Counted from the first letter of the stretch, positions 1-11,029 are shown. The stretch: DNA of 64,000 nucleotides from Candidatus Poribacteria bacterium (GCA_965215265.1 OZ244048.1:96001-160000), one strand, 5' to 3'. Numbers and translations are program-made. The notes: generated by a model not told the origin, from the sequence alone.

Positions 1-172
1 GTGAAGACATCCACATATCGCTGATAACCAGGTCGAACATCTGTTTTTCGAGCGCGGCAAGTGCTGCTGTGCTGTCGCCAACTGTTTGCACGGTATATCC
101 TTCGCGTTTCAAGATACGTTGTAAAATCGTGAGTTGTCCAGCATCATCGTCTACAATGAGTATTGACGGCAT
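1..172 (-). CDS. Response regulator, N-terminal receiver domain (partial, runs off window start)
   Basis: Hand translation from ATG at 172: MPSILIVDDDAGQLTILQRILKREGYTVQTVGDSTAALAALEKQMFDLVISDMWMS, a typical REC domain (ILIVDD...DLVISD). GGAGG RBS at ~182-186; lies downstream of a histidine kinase. Confidence 0.9.
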   Translation of the reverse strand, partial: MPSILIVDDDAGQLTILQRILKREGYTVQTVGDSTAALAALEKQMFDLVISDMWMSS

Positions 173-259
173 GCTATTTTACCTCCTCTCTTTTAGCTCC
201 ACAATTGCGAACAATGCCAATAGATTCATGATAAAGGCCGGTGCCTCTCCTAATTGTCC

Positions 260-1993
260 TTATAACTTATTATTGATTGGGAGACTAATTTTAAAAGCGG
301 TTCCCATTCCCATTTTACTTTTCATCTCAATTTTTCCGTTGTGTGCGGTAATAATCTGAAGCGAAATCGCAAGTCCGAGTCCAATACCGCCTGTTGCATC
401 CTTGGTTGTAAAGTATGCATCGTAGATCTGTTCTTGAATTTCTTCTGGGATGCCGATGCCTGTATCGCGAATTTCAAGGATTATATATGCTTCGTCATTC
501 TGCTGTTCTTGAGAAGTGGTGATATAGATGCTGCCTCCTTTGGGCATCGCTTGGATGCTGTTTTGTATAAAGTTAAAGACTGTCTGGCGCATTAACCCGG
601 TGTCTAGTCGGATATCCGGTAAGTTTCGATCGTAATTTTGTATTAGCTGCACGTTTGCATTTTCCGCTATCAGCACGAATTCTGAAAGGACGCGTGCTAC
701 AAGAGAATTGAGATTGACAGCCTCCACATTAAGTTTACGCGGGCGATTTAGGGAGAGGAACTGCTCTGAAATCTGCTTCAATTCTTCAATCTTTTGGTTA
801 ACAATGTCTAAGAGCTCTTTTGCTTCCTCAATATCGTCGGGTTCGACTTTGGGTTGTGAGAAAACCGTCTTCAGATATTGTGCTGTCATCCCAATCGAAT
901 TCAGAGGGTTCCGAATTTCGTGAGCAACGCCGGCGGCGAGCTGCCCGAGTGCAGCAATACGTTTGGAGTGAGATTCACGCAACTGCCATAGCATACGGAC
1001 TAAGCTATAGGTTGCCTTCCCAATTTCATCGGTAGCATAAACCCCTATAGGTGGTGTTTGATTCTTTAATAAGTTTGGGTTCTCTTCTAGTTCCTTACCA
1101 CTTTGTATAATCTGCGTCATGCGTTCTAACGGTTTCATGACGAGATGATTCGTGGTGAAATCAATCAAAATAACGAGTAATGCGCCCACAATCACAATAA
1201 GGACAGCATGCATCAATAGGGAATTGCGGATGGATTTGTCAATATTTGGTACATCGAAAAGCACCTGTATATATCCGGTTTGCACCTTTTGTATCCACAA
1301 CGTTTCTTCTTCCTTCCATAAGGTATAGATATTGCCCTTTTCCTGATCCATAATTTGCCATCGTGTACCTCTTTCTTCAACTGTTATAGTTGCATCCAGT
1401 ACATAGATATTATTGTTGACAAGAACTTTCCACAGTTCAAAATGGATACTTCCTCTGTCTAATGTCATTTCGTATGCTAACTGTAAAGGACTATTTCCGT
1501 TCTTGCTGGAAAATTTTATCTGTCTTGGGGTTCCCAATGACACATGGTATTTAATAACGATGGCGGTAGCGTTCTGTCCTTCTACCGAGTCTATCTGCGC
1601 GCCTTTTGCTTCAATTTGTGCGATAGCTGCTGCATTCAAATTAATATCGGGGGTATTGTCGTGTGCGAGCAGCCGGGAACGAATACGGGTGTTGTCTAAA
1701 GAGACGTGAACGTTTAGTACATCTTGCATATCAGGGTGTTCTCGCTTGAGTTTCTGTAGGAGTTCATCAATTCGCGCTGCCTCATATACCTTTGCTGCTT
1801 TTAGTTCACTGACAATAGGACGGAGTATGGTATTCTCTGCGATTTTTTTTAGTTCTGCGCCACGCTCAGCCCCTAAAGCATGGAGAGCATTCATTTCACG
1901 ACGTACGCGGATACTATCAAAAAAGTAAAAGGCTACCAGTACTACAAGCACCGTGAAGTTAATAACCAAGGAATATTTCCATTGGAGTCGCAT
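260..1993 (-). CDS. Membrane sensor histidine kinase (NtrB/AtoS-like HisKA + HATPase)
   Basis: Two TM segments; H-box LAAGVAHEIRNPL; N-box NFIQNSIQAM; G-boxes DTGIGI, YFTTK, GIGLGL. Confidence 0.95.
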   Translation of the reverse strand: MRLQWKYSLVINFTVLVVLVAFYFFDSIRVRREMNALHALGAERGAELKKIAENTILRPIVSELKAAKVYEAARIDELLQKLKREHPDMQDVLNVHVSLDNTRIRSRLLAHDNTPDINLNAAAIAQIEAKGAQIDSVEGQNATAIVIKYHVSLGTPRQIKFSSKNGNSPLQLAYEMTLDRGSIHFELWKVLVNNNIYVLDATITVEERGTRWQIMDQEKGNIYTLWKEEETLWIQKVQTGYIQVLFDVPNIDKSIRNSLLMHAVLIVIVGALLVILIDFTTNHLVMKPLERMTQIIQSGKELEENPNLLKNQTPPIGVYATDEIGKATYSLVRMLWQLRESHSKRIAALGQLAAGVAHEIRNPLNSIGMTAQYLKTVFSQPKVEPDDIEEAKELLDIVNQKIEELKQISEQFLSLNRPRKLNVEAVNLNSLVARVLSEFVLIAENANVQLIQNYDRNLPDIRLDTGLMRQTVFNFIQNSIQAMPKGGSIYITTSQEQQNDEAYIILEIRDTGIGIPEEIQEQIYDAYFTTKDATGGIGLGLAISLQIITAHNGKIEMKSKMGMGTAFKISLPINNKL

Positions 1994-2079
1994 TTTTCAT
2001 GTTTTGTCTTGCAAGGCCATTCCATTACATCAGACAAGTGCAAAGGAGTTTTGTGTGGGCGTTGTCTGTCAAATGCTTT

Positions 2080-3567
2080 CTAGTGCATAATTCGCTGGAT
2101 GGCATCTTTCCATCCGGCAAGTTTTTCTGCTCGTTGAATTGCATCAAGTTGTGGTAAAAAAATATCATTAATTGTTCGGTACTCCTCAAGTTCTGCAGCC
2201 TCTTGCCACACTCCGGTCGCAATTCCTGCAAGGTAAGCTGCCCCCAAGCCTGTTGTTTCAATTTGAGAAGGACGTTCTACAGGCATCCCCAAAATATCTG
2301 CCTGAAACTGCATCAAAAAATCATTTTCAACAGCACCGCCATCTACACGTAATCGTTCGAGCGTTATCCCGGCATCCGCCAGCATTGCAGTCACTACATC
2401 CGCTGATTGAAAGGCGATAGACTCTAAAGTAGCCCGGATGATGTGCTCGCGTGTTGTACCGCGCGTTAATCCGAAGATTGCGCCCCTTGCTTCACTGTTC
2501 CAGTATGGTGCACCAAGCCCGGTAAAAGCTGGTACTACGAAGACACCATCAGAATCAGCAACGCGGGTCGCAGCATCAGCAGTTTCGGAAGCAGCAGCAA
2601 TAATCTGGATGCCATCCCGGAGCCACTGTACTGCGGCACCTGCAATAAACACACTTCCCTCTAATGCATAAACAGGTTCTTCAGTGAGGCTACAAGCGAG
2701 AGTTGTCAATAGGCCGGTTTCTGACTGGATCCGTTGTGAACCCGTATTGAGCATTAAAAAACAGCCCGTGCCATAGGTATTCTTTGCCATTCCCGGTGTC
2801 AGACACAAGTTCCCGAAGAGTGCAGCTTGTTGGTCTCCGGCAATTCCTGCAATGGGTATTCCCTCAAGAATTTCATCTCGCACCGTGCCAAAGATGCAGG
2901 CTGATGGGCAGACTTCCGGTAAAATAGCTGCCGGTATGCTGAAGATATCCAAGAGGGTTGGATCCCAGCAAAGTGTCTCAATATTAAACAGTAGGGTTCG
3001 AGAAGCGTTTGTGTAATCGGTTCTATGCACTTTTCCGTTTGTCAACTTCCACAGGAGCCATGTATCTATATTACCAAATGCGAGTTCGCCTCGCTCAGCC
3101 TGTGCGCGCGCGCCGCAGACCTGATCCAGAATCCACCCTATTTTTGTGGCTGAAAAGTAAGGATCGAGCACAAGCCCTGTTTTTGCTTTTACGAGTGCCT
3201 CAACTCCTTGTTGCTTGTGCTTGAGTGATGTACATATATCTGAAGTGCGCCGGCACTGCCAGACAATCGCTGGATAGATAGGCTTGCCGGTGTGCCGTTC
3301 CCAAATGACGGTGGTTTCCCGTTGATTAGCGATTCCGATTGCTGCAATGTCTGCTTTACGCTCCACGTGGTGTAGGATGTCCGCTATGACCTGTTTTGTA
3401 ACGTTCCAGATTTCCTCTGCGTCGTGTTCTACCCAGCCAGGCTGTGGATAATGTTGCGTAAATTCCCGGTATCTGCGTGCGGTGACGGTGCCGAGTTCAT
3501 CAACAAGAAGAACCGTTGTTCCCGTTGTTCCTTGGTCAATTGAAAGCGTGTAGGTAGGGCTCTGCAT
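2080..3567 (-). CDS. glpK: Glycerol kinase
   Basis: [64 protein letters not shown]. Confidence 0.97.
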   Translation of the reverse strand: MQSPTYTLSIDQGTTGTTVLLVDELGTVTARRYREFTQHYPQPGWVEHDAEEIWNVTKQVIADILHHVERKADIAAIGIANQRETTVIWERHTGKPIYPAIVWQCRRTSDICTSLKHKQQGVEALVKAKTGLVLDPYFSATKIGWILDQVCGARAQAERGELAFGNIDTWLLWKLTNGKVHRTDYTNASRTLLFNIETLCWDPTLLDIFSIPAAILPEVCPSACIFGTVRDEILEGIPIAGIAGDQQAALFGNLCLTPGMAKNTYGTGCFLMLNTGSQRIQSETGLLTTLACSLTEEPVYALEGSVFIAGAAVQWLRDGIQIIAAASETADAATRVADSDGVFVVPAFTGLGAPYWNSEARGAIFGLTRGTTREHIIRATLESIAFQSADVVTAMLADAGITLERLRVDGGAVENDFLMQFQADILGMPVERPSQIETTGLGAAYLAGIATGVWQEAAELEEYRTINDIFLPQLDAIQRAEKLAGWKDAIQRIMH

Positions 3568-3874
3568 TTGCTATTTCTACCAAAGTTAGTTCTTGCAAAC
3601 GTGCACGTTATGTGTTACAATAACAAAAGTTCTTAAACGTGTCAACTGCAAATTCGTTAATCTTCGTAGTTAACCACAGTTTGGGCAACTCGAAACAGAA
3701 ACAGGGTTGAATTATGAACAGAGGCCGGAGAGAGCGAAGGGCTTGAACAATTTAGTGTTGACATTTGACAGATTAATTTGATAACATTTCTCATTAGCAT
3801 ATTTTTGTTGGAATGACTTCGCGAAATCGTTGTGCTACAAGATACGATAACAGATTTGTAATAAGCGAAAAGGA

Positions 3875-5758
3875 GTGAACGTTGTGAAAAAAGTTTGGCT
3901 TTGTGCGGTAGCGCTCTTATGCTTCGGGGCACTTCACAGTTACGCAGAAATTAAATGGGATGCCGAGAAGTTTATGCCGCTGTCCGAGGTGATGCCCGGG
4001 ATGCAAGGAAAGGGCTACACCGTGTTTTCCGGGATAACGGTCGAAGAATTTAATTTTGAAGTCGTGAGTATTGAATATAACTATTTCCCGGGGTGGCATG
4101 TCGTGTGGTGTGAAGGGCTTAGCGACAACTTTAAATGGACAGGTGTCGCCGGTGGCATGAGTGGGAGTCCTATGTATATTGATGGGCGGCTCATGGGTGC
4201 TTTAGCACTGGGGTTCTTCAATCAACGGGAACGTTCCAATATTTTTGGCGTAACCCCTTTTGAATTGATGGTGAAAGTCACTGAACGCGGAATGGAACCT
4301 AACTTAAGTTACGAGGGTGCTCAACTATTTAACCTTGATTCGGCAATAGTGAAAGAAGGGCTTGACATGGGTGCGTCCCTGTTTGGCGATGGAAAAGTCG
4401 CCCAGGTGCATCGTCCGTTTGATTTGAGGCTTTTAGAAAGCGTTTCTAATATCCCCTCTCGGGCGAATTCAGCGCATCTTCCGATGCCGGTCGCGCTCCC
4501 TACCCTGAATTCGGAAATGATGAGCATCGTTAAACCACTGTTTGACAAATTCAACTTTACGCCTATTCAAGCAGCAGGGGGTGGTAGTTCTATAAAGGAA
4601 TCGCCTGTTGAGAAAGCGCAGACCATAGGAACGGAGATGGTCCGGGGCGATGTTTCCTTGTTTGGATACGGTACGATTACTTATGTAGATGGAGATCAGT
4701 TCCTCGCGTATGGGCATCCGAATTTTGCCGAAGGCAACGTGAATCTACCGGTCTCTGGTGGTACTGTGAATTTCATTTTTCCGAGTCGCAGCCGTTCTTT
4801 CAAAGTCGCAGCCCCGACGCAGCCAATCGGTACGTTAGTGCAAGACCGCGAACCTGCGATTGCCGGAATCATAGGGAAACATCCGCCTTACCTCCCTATA
4901 AATGTTGCACTACAAACAAGTGATGGGAAACAGCACCAAAAGTCCTATGAAGTGGTGCGTCACCGCAGTTTTACCCCACTTTTTGCCGGAATTGGTGCTT
5001 GGTTTTTCTTAGACGCGCTTGAATTTTATTCCAACGACCACACGCTTAATCTTGACGCAACCATTACCTTACAGGAACAACCTGGACTCACATCACGAGA
5101 ACTGATTTTCAATAACATTTTTTCTTCAAGTGGTTCTCCGGGAATTCGCGTGATGAATACGCTAATGCTGCCAATGTTACAATTGATTAATAATTCGTAC
5201 ACAAAAGTTGAAGTGGAAGGCATTGCGTTGAATCTTAAAGTAGAGGATAAGCGGAGAACAGCAGTCGTTGAAAACATCAGCATTGATAAGCTGCGCTATC
5301 GTCCGGGGGAAACGGTAGAAGTCGAGTTGAGGTTACGTCCCTATCTTGAAAAGTCGTTTACGCAGAACGGGACGATTACAATTCCCAAGGGTACCCCCGA
5401 TGGTGTTGTAATGCTGATTGCCTCCAATGCAAATTTCCACAAAGTTTGGCAACGCTCCCGGGCACCACTGAATTTTCGTCCGAAGAACATCAACCACCTC
5501 ATTGAACTACTGCAACGTGATGAAAGAAACACGGATGTTATTCTTGAGCTTTTTGTTCCACAACCTGGGCTAACCGTTCAAGGTGAAGAATTCGCCAATC
5601 TACCGACTTCTGTGATGTCCGTGATGAATACTGCAAAACAGGTAGGTCAGAGTGGTTATACGACAGGTACTACGTTACAACTTGACAAAATCTCGACGGA
5701 TTATGTTATCTTCGGCAGCGGGTTAATGCGCTTTGCAATAGACAGGAGTGCTCAATAG
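3875..5758 (+). CDS. Secreted SpoIVB-like peptidase S55 domain protein
   Basis: Signal peptide; GMQGKGYTVFSG, GVAGGMSGSPMYIDGRLMGAL (S55 catalytic GMSGSP), GTITYVDG..AYGHP. Confidence 0.85.
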   Translation: MNVVKKVWLCAVALLCFGALHSYAEIKWDAEKFMPLSEVMPGMQGKGYTVFSGITVEEFNFEVVSIEYNYFPGWHVVWCEGLSDNFKWTGVAGGMSGSPMYIDGRLMGALALGFFNQRERSNIFGVTPFELMVKVTERGMEPNLSYEGAQLFNLDSAIVKEGLDMGASLFGDGKVAQVHRPFDLRLLESVSNIPSRANSAHLPMPVALPTLNSEMMSIVKPLFDKFNFTPIQAAGGGSSIKESPVEKAQTIGTEMVRGDVSLFGYGTITYVDGDQFLAYGHPNFAEGNVNLPVSGGTVNFIFPSRSRSFKVAAPTQPIGTLVQDREPAIAGIIGKHPPYLPINVALQTSDGKQHQKSYEVVRHRSFTPLFAGIGAWFFLDALEFYSNDHTLNLDATITLQEQPGLTSRELIFNNIFSSSGSPGIRVMNTLMLPMLQLINNSYTKVEVEGIALNLKVEDKRRTAVVENISIDKLRYRPGETVEVELRLRPYLEKSFTQNGTITIPKGTPDGVVMLIASNANFHKVWQRSRAPLNFRPKNINHLIELLQRDERNTDVILELFVPQPGLTVQGEEFANLPTSVMSVMNTAKQVGQSGYTTGTTLQLDKISTDYVIFGSGLMRFAIDRSAQ

Positions 5759-5939
5759 ATAACATTTAGTCATACGGAATTAACTTTACTTAAATAAAAT
5801 TCAATTGCCCGTTCATGTCTGAGTCAATTGCAGTTCCAACAACGCGCAGTAACTGCGACTTAGAAGAGCGGAGGTTACTTGCATAGGAGTTTAATTGCAT
5901 GAGAAAAGGCGATAATCACCTATAGGAGGGTATTTTCTA

Positions 5940-8078
5940 ATGCGCCGAAGCATCTCCTTTTGGAGTCTCATTTTAATTGTGCTTATTCATACCAGCGCCG
6001 TGTTTGCTGTTAAAACATCTTTATGGGAACAGGAACAGCAATCCGATTTTGAAGCTGGAACATCGAAAAATCTCTCGCTTACGAGCCAAGGTGCTGTGAT
6101 GTTAGCCCCTAAGATCGAAGGCTTCACGAAACTGAAAGAGACACAGGTCTGGGCTGTTGCAGAGGATTCGGCAGGGAATCTTTACGCTGCGACTGGGAAC
6201 GAAGGCAAAATCTATAAAATTAGCGCTGGGAGTGATACTGCTGAGCTCTTCTACGATTCACCTGAGATCACTATCTATAGTCTTGCTATTGGTTCTGATG
6301 ATACGCTATACGCCGGGACTGGACCGGATGGGTTAATTTACAAAATTACGGATGCAACCACACCGCCAGAAACTATTCTAAGTAAAGGGGACAAATATGT
6401 GTGGGCCCTGCGTTTTGATGAGGCAGGGAATCTGTACGCTGCAACAGGTACGGATGGAAAAATTTATAAAATCACGCCTGAGGGTGAATCTAGTGTGCTA
6501 TTCGATGCAGAAGAAAAAAATATCATGGCATTGCTGCCAACTGAAGACGGATTCTACGCTGGCAGCAGCGACAACGGTATTATCTACCGGATCCTGGCAG
6601 ATGGGACCGCGAGCGTTATCTACCAGGCGAAGGAGAAAGAAGTCCGAACTCTCGTCATGGATAGCAAAGGTAACCTTTATGCAGCCGTTGTGACATCTGC
6701 GCCTGCGGAACCGAGTAGGGGCCGGCGCTCAAACGGCCCGCCGACACCGAGCGGTCCACCACCGCCGGGTGGCGGACCGCCTCAAGAGAATTCATCTAAT
6801 ATTTACCAAATTCGTCCAGACGGAACGGCTATGTCAGTTTGGGCTTCCCCTGAACCACTTATCTTGGCTATTGTGCTGGAAAACGACTTACAACTCTTGG
6901 TTGGGACGGGTGACAAAGGCAAGTTGTACCGGGTCAATCCAATAACTGGAGACTCCACAGAACTTGGTAAGGCTTCCGGGAACCAAGTCTTGGCAATCCA
7001 CCAAAAAGAGGTAGAGGGTAACATTCGTACACTCCTCACGACTGGAAATCCTGGTAAACTCTTTACGTTAACAGCAACTTATGTTGATGAGGGCACGCTT
7101 GAATCTGAAGTCCACAATGCACAAAGTTTATCGCGTTGGGGAAAGCTTTCGTGGGAAGCAGAGGTTGCAGAAGGGAACGCGATCACTTTCTCAACCCGTT
7201 CAGGTAAAACGCGGAAGCCGGATGATACGTGGAGCGACTGGTCTGATGAATTGACAACTGCAGAGGGTTCGCAAATCTCAAGCCCCGATGGGCAGTACAT
7301 ACAGTGGCGTGCAAAACTTACAGCGAGCGAGGACGCGCAAACACCTATCCTGAAAAAGGTTACACTTGCCTCCGTCCAGACAAATATTGAACCGAAATTC
7401 ATCAGCATTGAGGTGAATGATGGCAGCAGTACCAACAGTGGTGACAAAGGCAGGCGCTCCTCAGGCGGCGGATTGCCACCTCCCGGTATGCGCTCTGGCG
7501 GTGATAACGCGCCAAGTAGCAGCGCTGCAGCACCTTCTAAAAATTGGAAAATTAGTTGGAAGGTTGAGGATGCTAATCAGGATACACTGCAGTATACCCT
7601 TTACTATAAAGCCGTTGACGAAGCAAATTGGAAACTGCTGAAAAAAGAATTATCGAAGGCGAACTATGAATGGGACATCGCTTCCGTCGCTGATGGGAGA
7701 TACATCTTGAAAGTTGTTGCAACAGACAAGTTGAGTAATCCGGCAGGATGGGAGAAGTCGGTGGAAAAAATTAGCAAGTCTTTTGATGTGGATAATACTC
7801 AGCCTGTTGTCGGTGCTATTCAAGCGACTGCGAATGGGGATGGAACCTACAAGATTGTCTCTGACGTTATGGATGCTATGAATCTGATTCAGAAAGCCGT
7901 CTATAAGATTGACAGTGACGAACATTGGCAGGTCATCTTTCCTAACGATGGAATCTTTGATTCAAAGCAGGAGCAGCTTCTATTGGAAACCGGCGAACTT
8001 CCTGAGGGGGCTCACACCATCACGATTCAGGTGACAGATAAAGCTGGCAATATGGCATTCGGACGCGTAAGTTTCTAA
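5940..8078 (+). CDS. Secreted beta-propeller (SBBP/NHL/WD40-like) protein with C-terminal FN3/Ig-like domains
   Basis: Signal peptide; repeats 'GNLYAATG..GKIYKI'; Pro/Gly-rich linkers; C-terminal DNTQP...TITIQVTDKAGN Ig-like motif; AGGAGG RBS. Confidence 0.75.
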   Translation: MRRSISFWSLILIVLIHTSAVFAVKTSLWEQEQQSDFEAGTSKNLSLTSQGAVMLAPKIEGFTKLKETQVWAVAEDSAGNLYAATGNEGKIYKISAGSDTAELFYDSPEITIYSLAIGSDDTLYAGTGPDGLIYKITDATTPPETILSKGDKYVWALRFDEAGNLYAATGTDGKIYKITPEGESSVLFDAEEKNIMALLPTEDGFYAGSSDNGIIYRILADGTASVIYQAKEKEVRTLVMDSKGNLYAAVVTSAPAEPSRGRRSNGPPTPSGPPPPGGGPPQENSSNIYQIRPDGTAMSVWASPEPLILAIVLENDLQLLVGTGDKGKLYRVNPITGDSTELGKASGNQVLAIHQKEVEGNIRTLLTTGNPGKLFTLTATYVDEGTLESEVHNAQSLSRWGKLSWEAEVAEGNAITFSTRSGKTRKPDDTWSDWSDELTTAEGSQISSPDGQYIQWRAKLTASEDAQTPILKKVTLASVQTNIEPKFISIEVNDGSSTNSGDKGRRSSGGGLPPPGMRSGGDNAPSSSAAAPSKNWKISWKVEDANQDTLQYTLYYKAVDEANWKLLKKELSKANYEWDIASVADGRYILKVVATDKLSNPAGWEKSVEKISKSFDVDNTQPVVGAIQATANGDGTYKIVSDVMDAMNLIQKAVYKIDSDEHWQVIFPNDGIFDSKQEQLLLETGELPEGAHTITIQVTDKAGNMAFGRVSF

Positions 8079-8122
8079 GGTTTAGTCTGATGAAACTGCT
8101 AACAAGTGCTGCAACTAACTTT

Positions 8123-9505
8123 CTAGGATAAATTCGTCACTTCTGCAATAGCGCCGTAGGCAATATCCAAAAGGGCATCTAGCTCTTCAAGTGAAATTTG
8201 CAACGGCGGCATCAAAACCAAGGTATTAACAAGCGGTCGAAGGATTGCTCCACGAGCCAGTGCTTCTTTACATACCCGGATACCTACCTTTTCCTCCAGT
8301 GTGTACGGAGTGTGGGTATCCGGTTTTTTTATCAACTCCACCCCGGCTGCCAATCCACATACCCGTACATCACCGACGTGCGGCAGCGTCCAAAATTCCT
8401 GAAGCCGAGTCGTAAAATGTTTAATAGTCGTCTGGAGACGCGTGAGGAGGTCTGCCCTTTGAAAAATGGCGATATTTTCTAACGCCACGGTGCATGCCAA
8501 GGGATTACCTGTGAACGTGTGTCCATGGAAGAAGGTTTTGCGCGCGCTATATTCCCCCAAGAAGGCGTTGTAGATGTTGTCTGTGGTTAATGTCGCCGCG
8601 AGCGGTAAGTAACCTGCAGCTAACCCTTTTGCTGTACAGAGTAAGTCGGGGGTAACGTCCTCATGTTCGCATGCCCACATTTTTCCGGTGCGTCCGAACC
8701 CGGTCATGACTTCATCAACAATGAGAAGCGTTTTATATTGCTGAGCCAACGCGGCTATATCTTTCAAAAACCCTTTCGGAGCGACAATCATTCCGCCTGC
8801 ACCTTGGATCAGGGGCTCCACAATAATGCCTGCAATTTCTTCAAAATGTTGTTCTAAAACTTGTTCCATGGCGCTGAGACAGCGCATTTTGACAGAGTGG
8901 GGGGCAGAGCGCAGTTGCCAGCCCTGCTGACTGCGCGAATCGGAAGCATGATATGTTGTCGGGGCAGGCACGCGAAGGCCTTTAAAGAGGAGAGAATCAA
9001 ACGTCGTGTGGAAACTATCAATGCCACCGACACTCATGGCACCAACTGTATCGCCGTGGTAGGCTTTATCTAAGTGGATAAACTTTTTTCGCTGTGGTTT
9101 TCCTTTGTGTTGCCAGTACTGATACGCCATCTTCAGCGCGACTTCAACGGCGGTTGAACCGTTATCGGAATAAAAAACCTTGTTGAGTCCTACAGGCGTG
9201 AGCTCTACCAACTTTTTTGCGAGTTGAATTGCAGGGATATTGCTGCAGCCGAGCAGTGTAGCGTGTGCTATTTTATCCGCTTGTTTTTTGAGTGCTGCAT
9301 TCAGCTCAGCATGGTTGTGTCCGTGAACGTTGGTCCACATAGAGGCAGTCCCGTCTATATACCGATTGCCGTCTATGTCAATTAGGTAACAACCCTCACC
9401 GCCTGCAATAATGAGAGGCATTTCCTCTAGCCAATCTTTCATTTGTGTGAAGGGGTGCCAGAGGTAGCGTTTATCCCAGGCAACAAGTTCGGTTTTGTCA
9501 AACAT
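8123..9505 (-). CDS. bioA: Adenosylmethionine-8-amino-7-oxononanoate aminotransferase
   Basis: LWHPFTQM, SDNGSTAVEVALKMA, YHGDTVGAMSV, DEVMTGFGRTG, FFHGHTFTGNPLAC. Confidence 0.95.
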   Translation of the reverse strand: MFDKTELVAWDKRYLWHPFTQMKDWLEEMPLIIAGGEGCYLIDIDGNRYIDGTASMWTNVHGHNHAELNAALKKQADKIAHATLLGCSNIPAIQLAKKLVELTPVGLNKVFYSDNGSTAVEVALKMAYQYWQHKGKPQRKKFIHLDKAYHGDTVGAMSVGGIDSFHTTFDSLLFKGLRVPAPTTYHASDSRSQQGWQLRSAPHSVKMRCLSAMEQVLEQHFEEIAGIIVEPLIQGAGGMIVAPKGFLKDIAALAQQYKTLLIVDEVMTGFGRTGKMWACEHEDVTPDLLCTAKGLAAGYLPLAATLTTDNIYNAFLGEYSARKTFFHGHTFTGNPLACTVALENIAIFQRADLLTRLQTTIKHFTTRLQEFWTLPHVGDVRVCGLAAGVELIKKPDTHTPYTLEEKVGIRVCKEALARGAILRPLVNTLVLMPPLQISLEELDALLDIAYGAIAEVTNLS

Positions 9506-9678
9506 ATCTATTTGCCAACGTTTACAACCGTTAATGCCTGCCGAGGTATATTGAGGGATAACTTCGCTTATTTGGCACGTTTGTAAAGATAGTTAAAGCA
9601 ATGAAAAATATCATAGTGCTGAGGTTCTCTCACCCCAAGCCGCTAAGCTAAATCTGTAAGGGTAGAGTCGCCTGTGAA

Positions 9679-10944
9679 TTACCCTTTCAACTTTGCGTAA
9701 TGTATTGTCGGTTCAATGCCTAGTGTATCGCATGTTCCAACTTTGGAGACAATAATCGTCAGCACTTTATTTCGGTACGTGGCGTGAAAATCCTCTGGCT
9801 GCCCTGGAATAGGTAGGATAGTTGTGAAGCCCTTGGGGAATGAACTGGTGCGACCAACAACATCCGCGAACCTCGGATCGTCCAGCTGCGACTGAACAGT
9901 CAAGATACTTTCAGATGCGGGGGCATCGTCAGAGAAATATGGCGTGGCGAGGTTGATTTCATAACTGTAGTCGGGCATTCTATCCGGGAGTTCATGCTCT
10001 TTTTTTGCGACAGAATCTGGTACCCACCTTGGGAACTCAATCTCGATCTGATAGTAATCAGTCTTTTCTGTCATGCGATTCACCATGCCGTAGCGTCTGT
10101 AGCGTTCACGCAAATCGTCCGAGTAGATTGTGCCGTCAGTTAGGACTGCTCCGGGCACTGTGGCGCGTGGCCGGTTCGGGACGACGACTAGGGCTGCGCG
10201 CAATACTGATAACATCGGTGTTGCAATGAGTGAGAGTATCCAGCCGTAGAAGGCCGCACCGTAGCGTGGCTGTTCATCTTCGGAACGTGAGACAAATTCA
10301 TCTTTAAAACGGTAAATTCCTTCTCCAATTGCAACGACTATCCCGAGAAATATCATCAGGTTGCCTTCATTGGTAAAGAGACTGATGCCGCGGGACTTTA
10401 CTCCGAAAAGGAAAAGCAGAAGAGGATAGAGTGTGAGATTGATTAAGCTATTGATGCCTGTTGAAACGGCAGCACTAAAGACGCGCGAGTCTCCTGCGAT
10501 TTCTTCAAGTTGTCTTTTAAAATTAGCTGAGAAAGCACCGAGGATGGGTTGTCCAAGCATCGCCAATACACCGAAGGGCGCGCGAAGCGATGACGCGGGT
10601 GTTTCAGGTAATTGTACAAATTCTTCCGGAATACCTTGTTCTTTTTGCTTTTTCGTTGTTCCGGTTTCACCGGCTTCCTCGACAGTTTTTTCCGGTTTAA
10701 CGAATGTCTCAAAAAATTTAGAATTGAGTTCAACGTAGGATTCCCATTCTGCCGGTACTTCGTCGCGCATTTTTATAGCGACAACAGGACAGACAGGTTC
10801 ACATGCGCCGCAGTCAATGCATTCTTCGGGGTTAATATAAAGTTGATTTTCGCCCTCTGTCGTGTGAATGCAATCCACTGGGCATACGTCAACGCACGCC
10901 GTGTCCATGACATCAACGCAGGGTTCACAAATTACGTAAGCCAT
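9679..10944 (-). CDS. Ferredoxin (dicluster FdxA-like) fused to a membrane segment and a C-terminal soluble domain
   Basis: N-terminus MAYVICEPCVDVMDTACVDVCPVDCIH...LYINPEECIDCGACEPVCPV; about three hydrophobic helices at aa ~160-255; continuous 421-aa ORF; AGGAGG RBS. Confidence 0.8.
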   Translation of the reverse strand: MAYVICEPCVDVMDTACVDVCPVDCIHTTEGENQLYINPEECIDCGACEPVCPVVAIKMRDEVPAEWESYVELNSKFFETFVKPEKTVEEAGETGTTKKQKEQGIPEEFVQLPETPASSLRAPFGVLAMLGQPILGAFSANFKRQLEEIAGDSRVFSAAVSTGINSLINLTLYPLLLFLFGVKSRGISLFTNEGNLMIFLGIVVAIGEGIYRFKDEFVSRSEDEQPRYGAAFYGWILSLIATPMLSVLRAALVVVPNRPRATVPGAVLTDGTIYSDDLRERYRRYGMVNRMTEKTDYYQIEIEFPRWVPDSVAKKEHELPDRMPDYSYEINLATPYFSDDAPASESILTVQSQLDDPRFADVVGRTSSFPKGFTTILPIPGQPEDFHATYRNKVLTIIVSKVGTCDTLGIEPTIHYAKLKG

Positions 10945-11000
10945 GTTATTCCCTCCTTATTTTTAAGTATACCACAAATGCTTACAAGTTGCAAAGAAAT

Positions 11001-11029
11001 TTGACAAACGAGACAGGAAGCGCTATAAT
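11001..11029 (+). promoter_or_regulatory. Consensus sigma70 promoter of truD
   Basis: TTGACA (11001-11006) - 17 nt - TATAAT (11024-11029). Confidence 0.8.
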
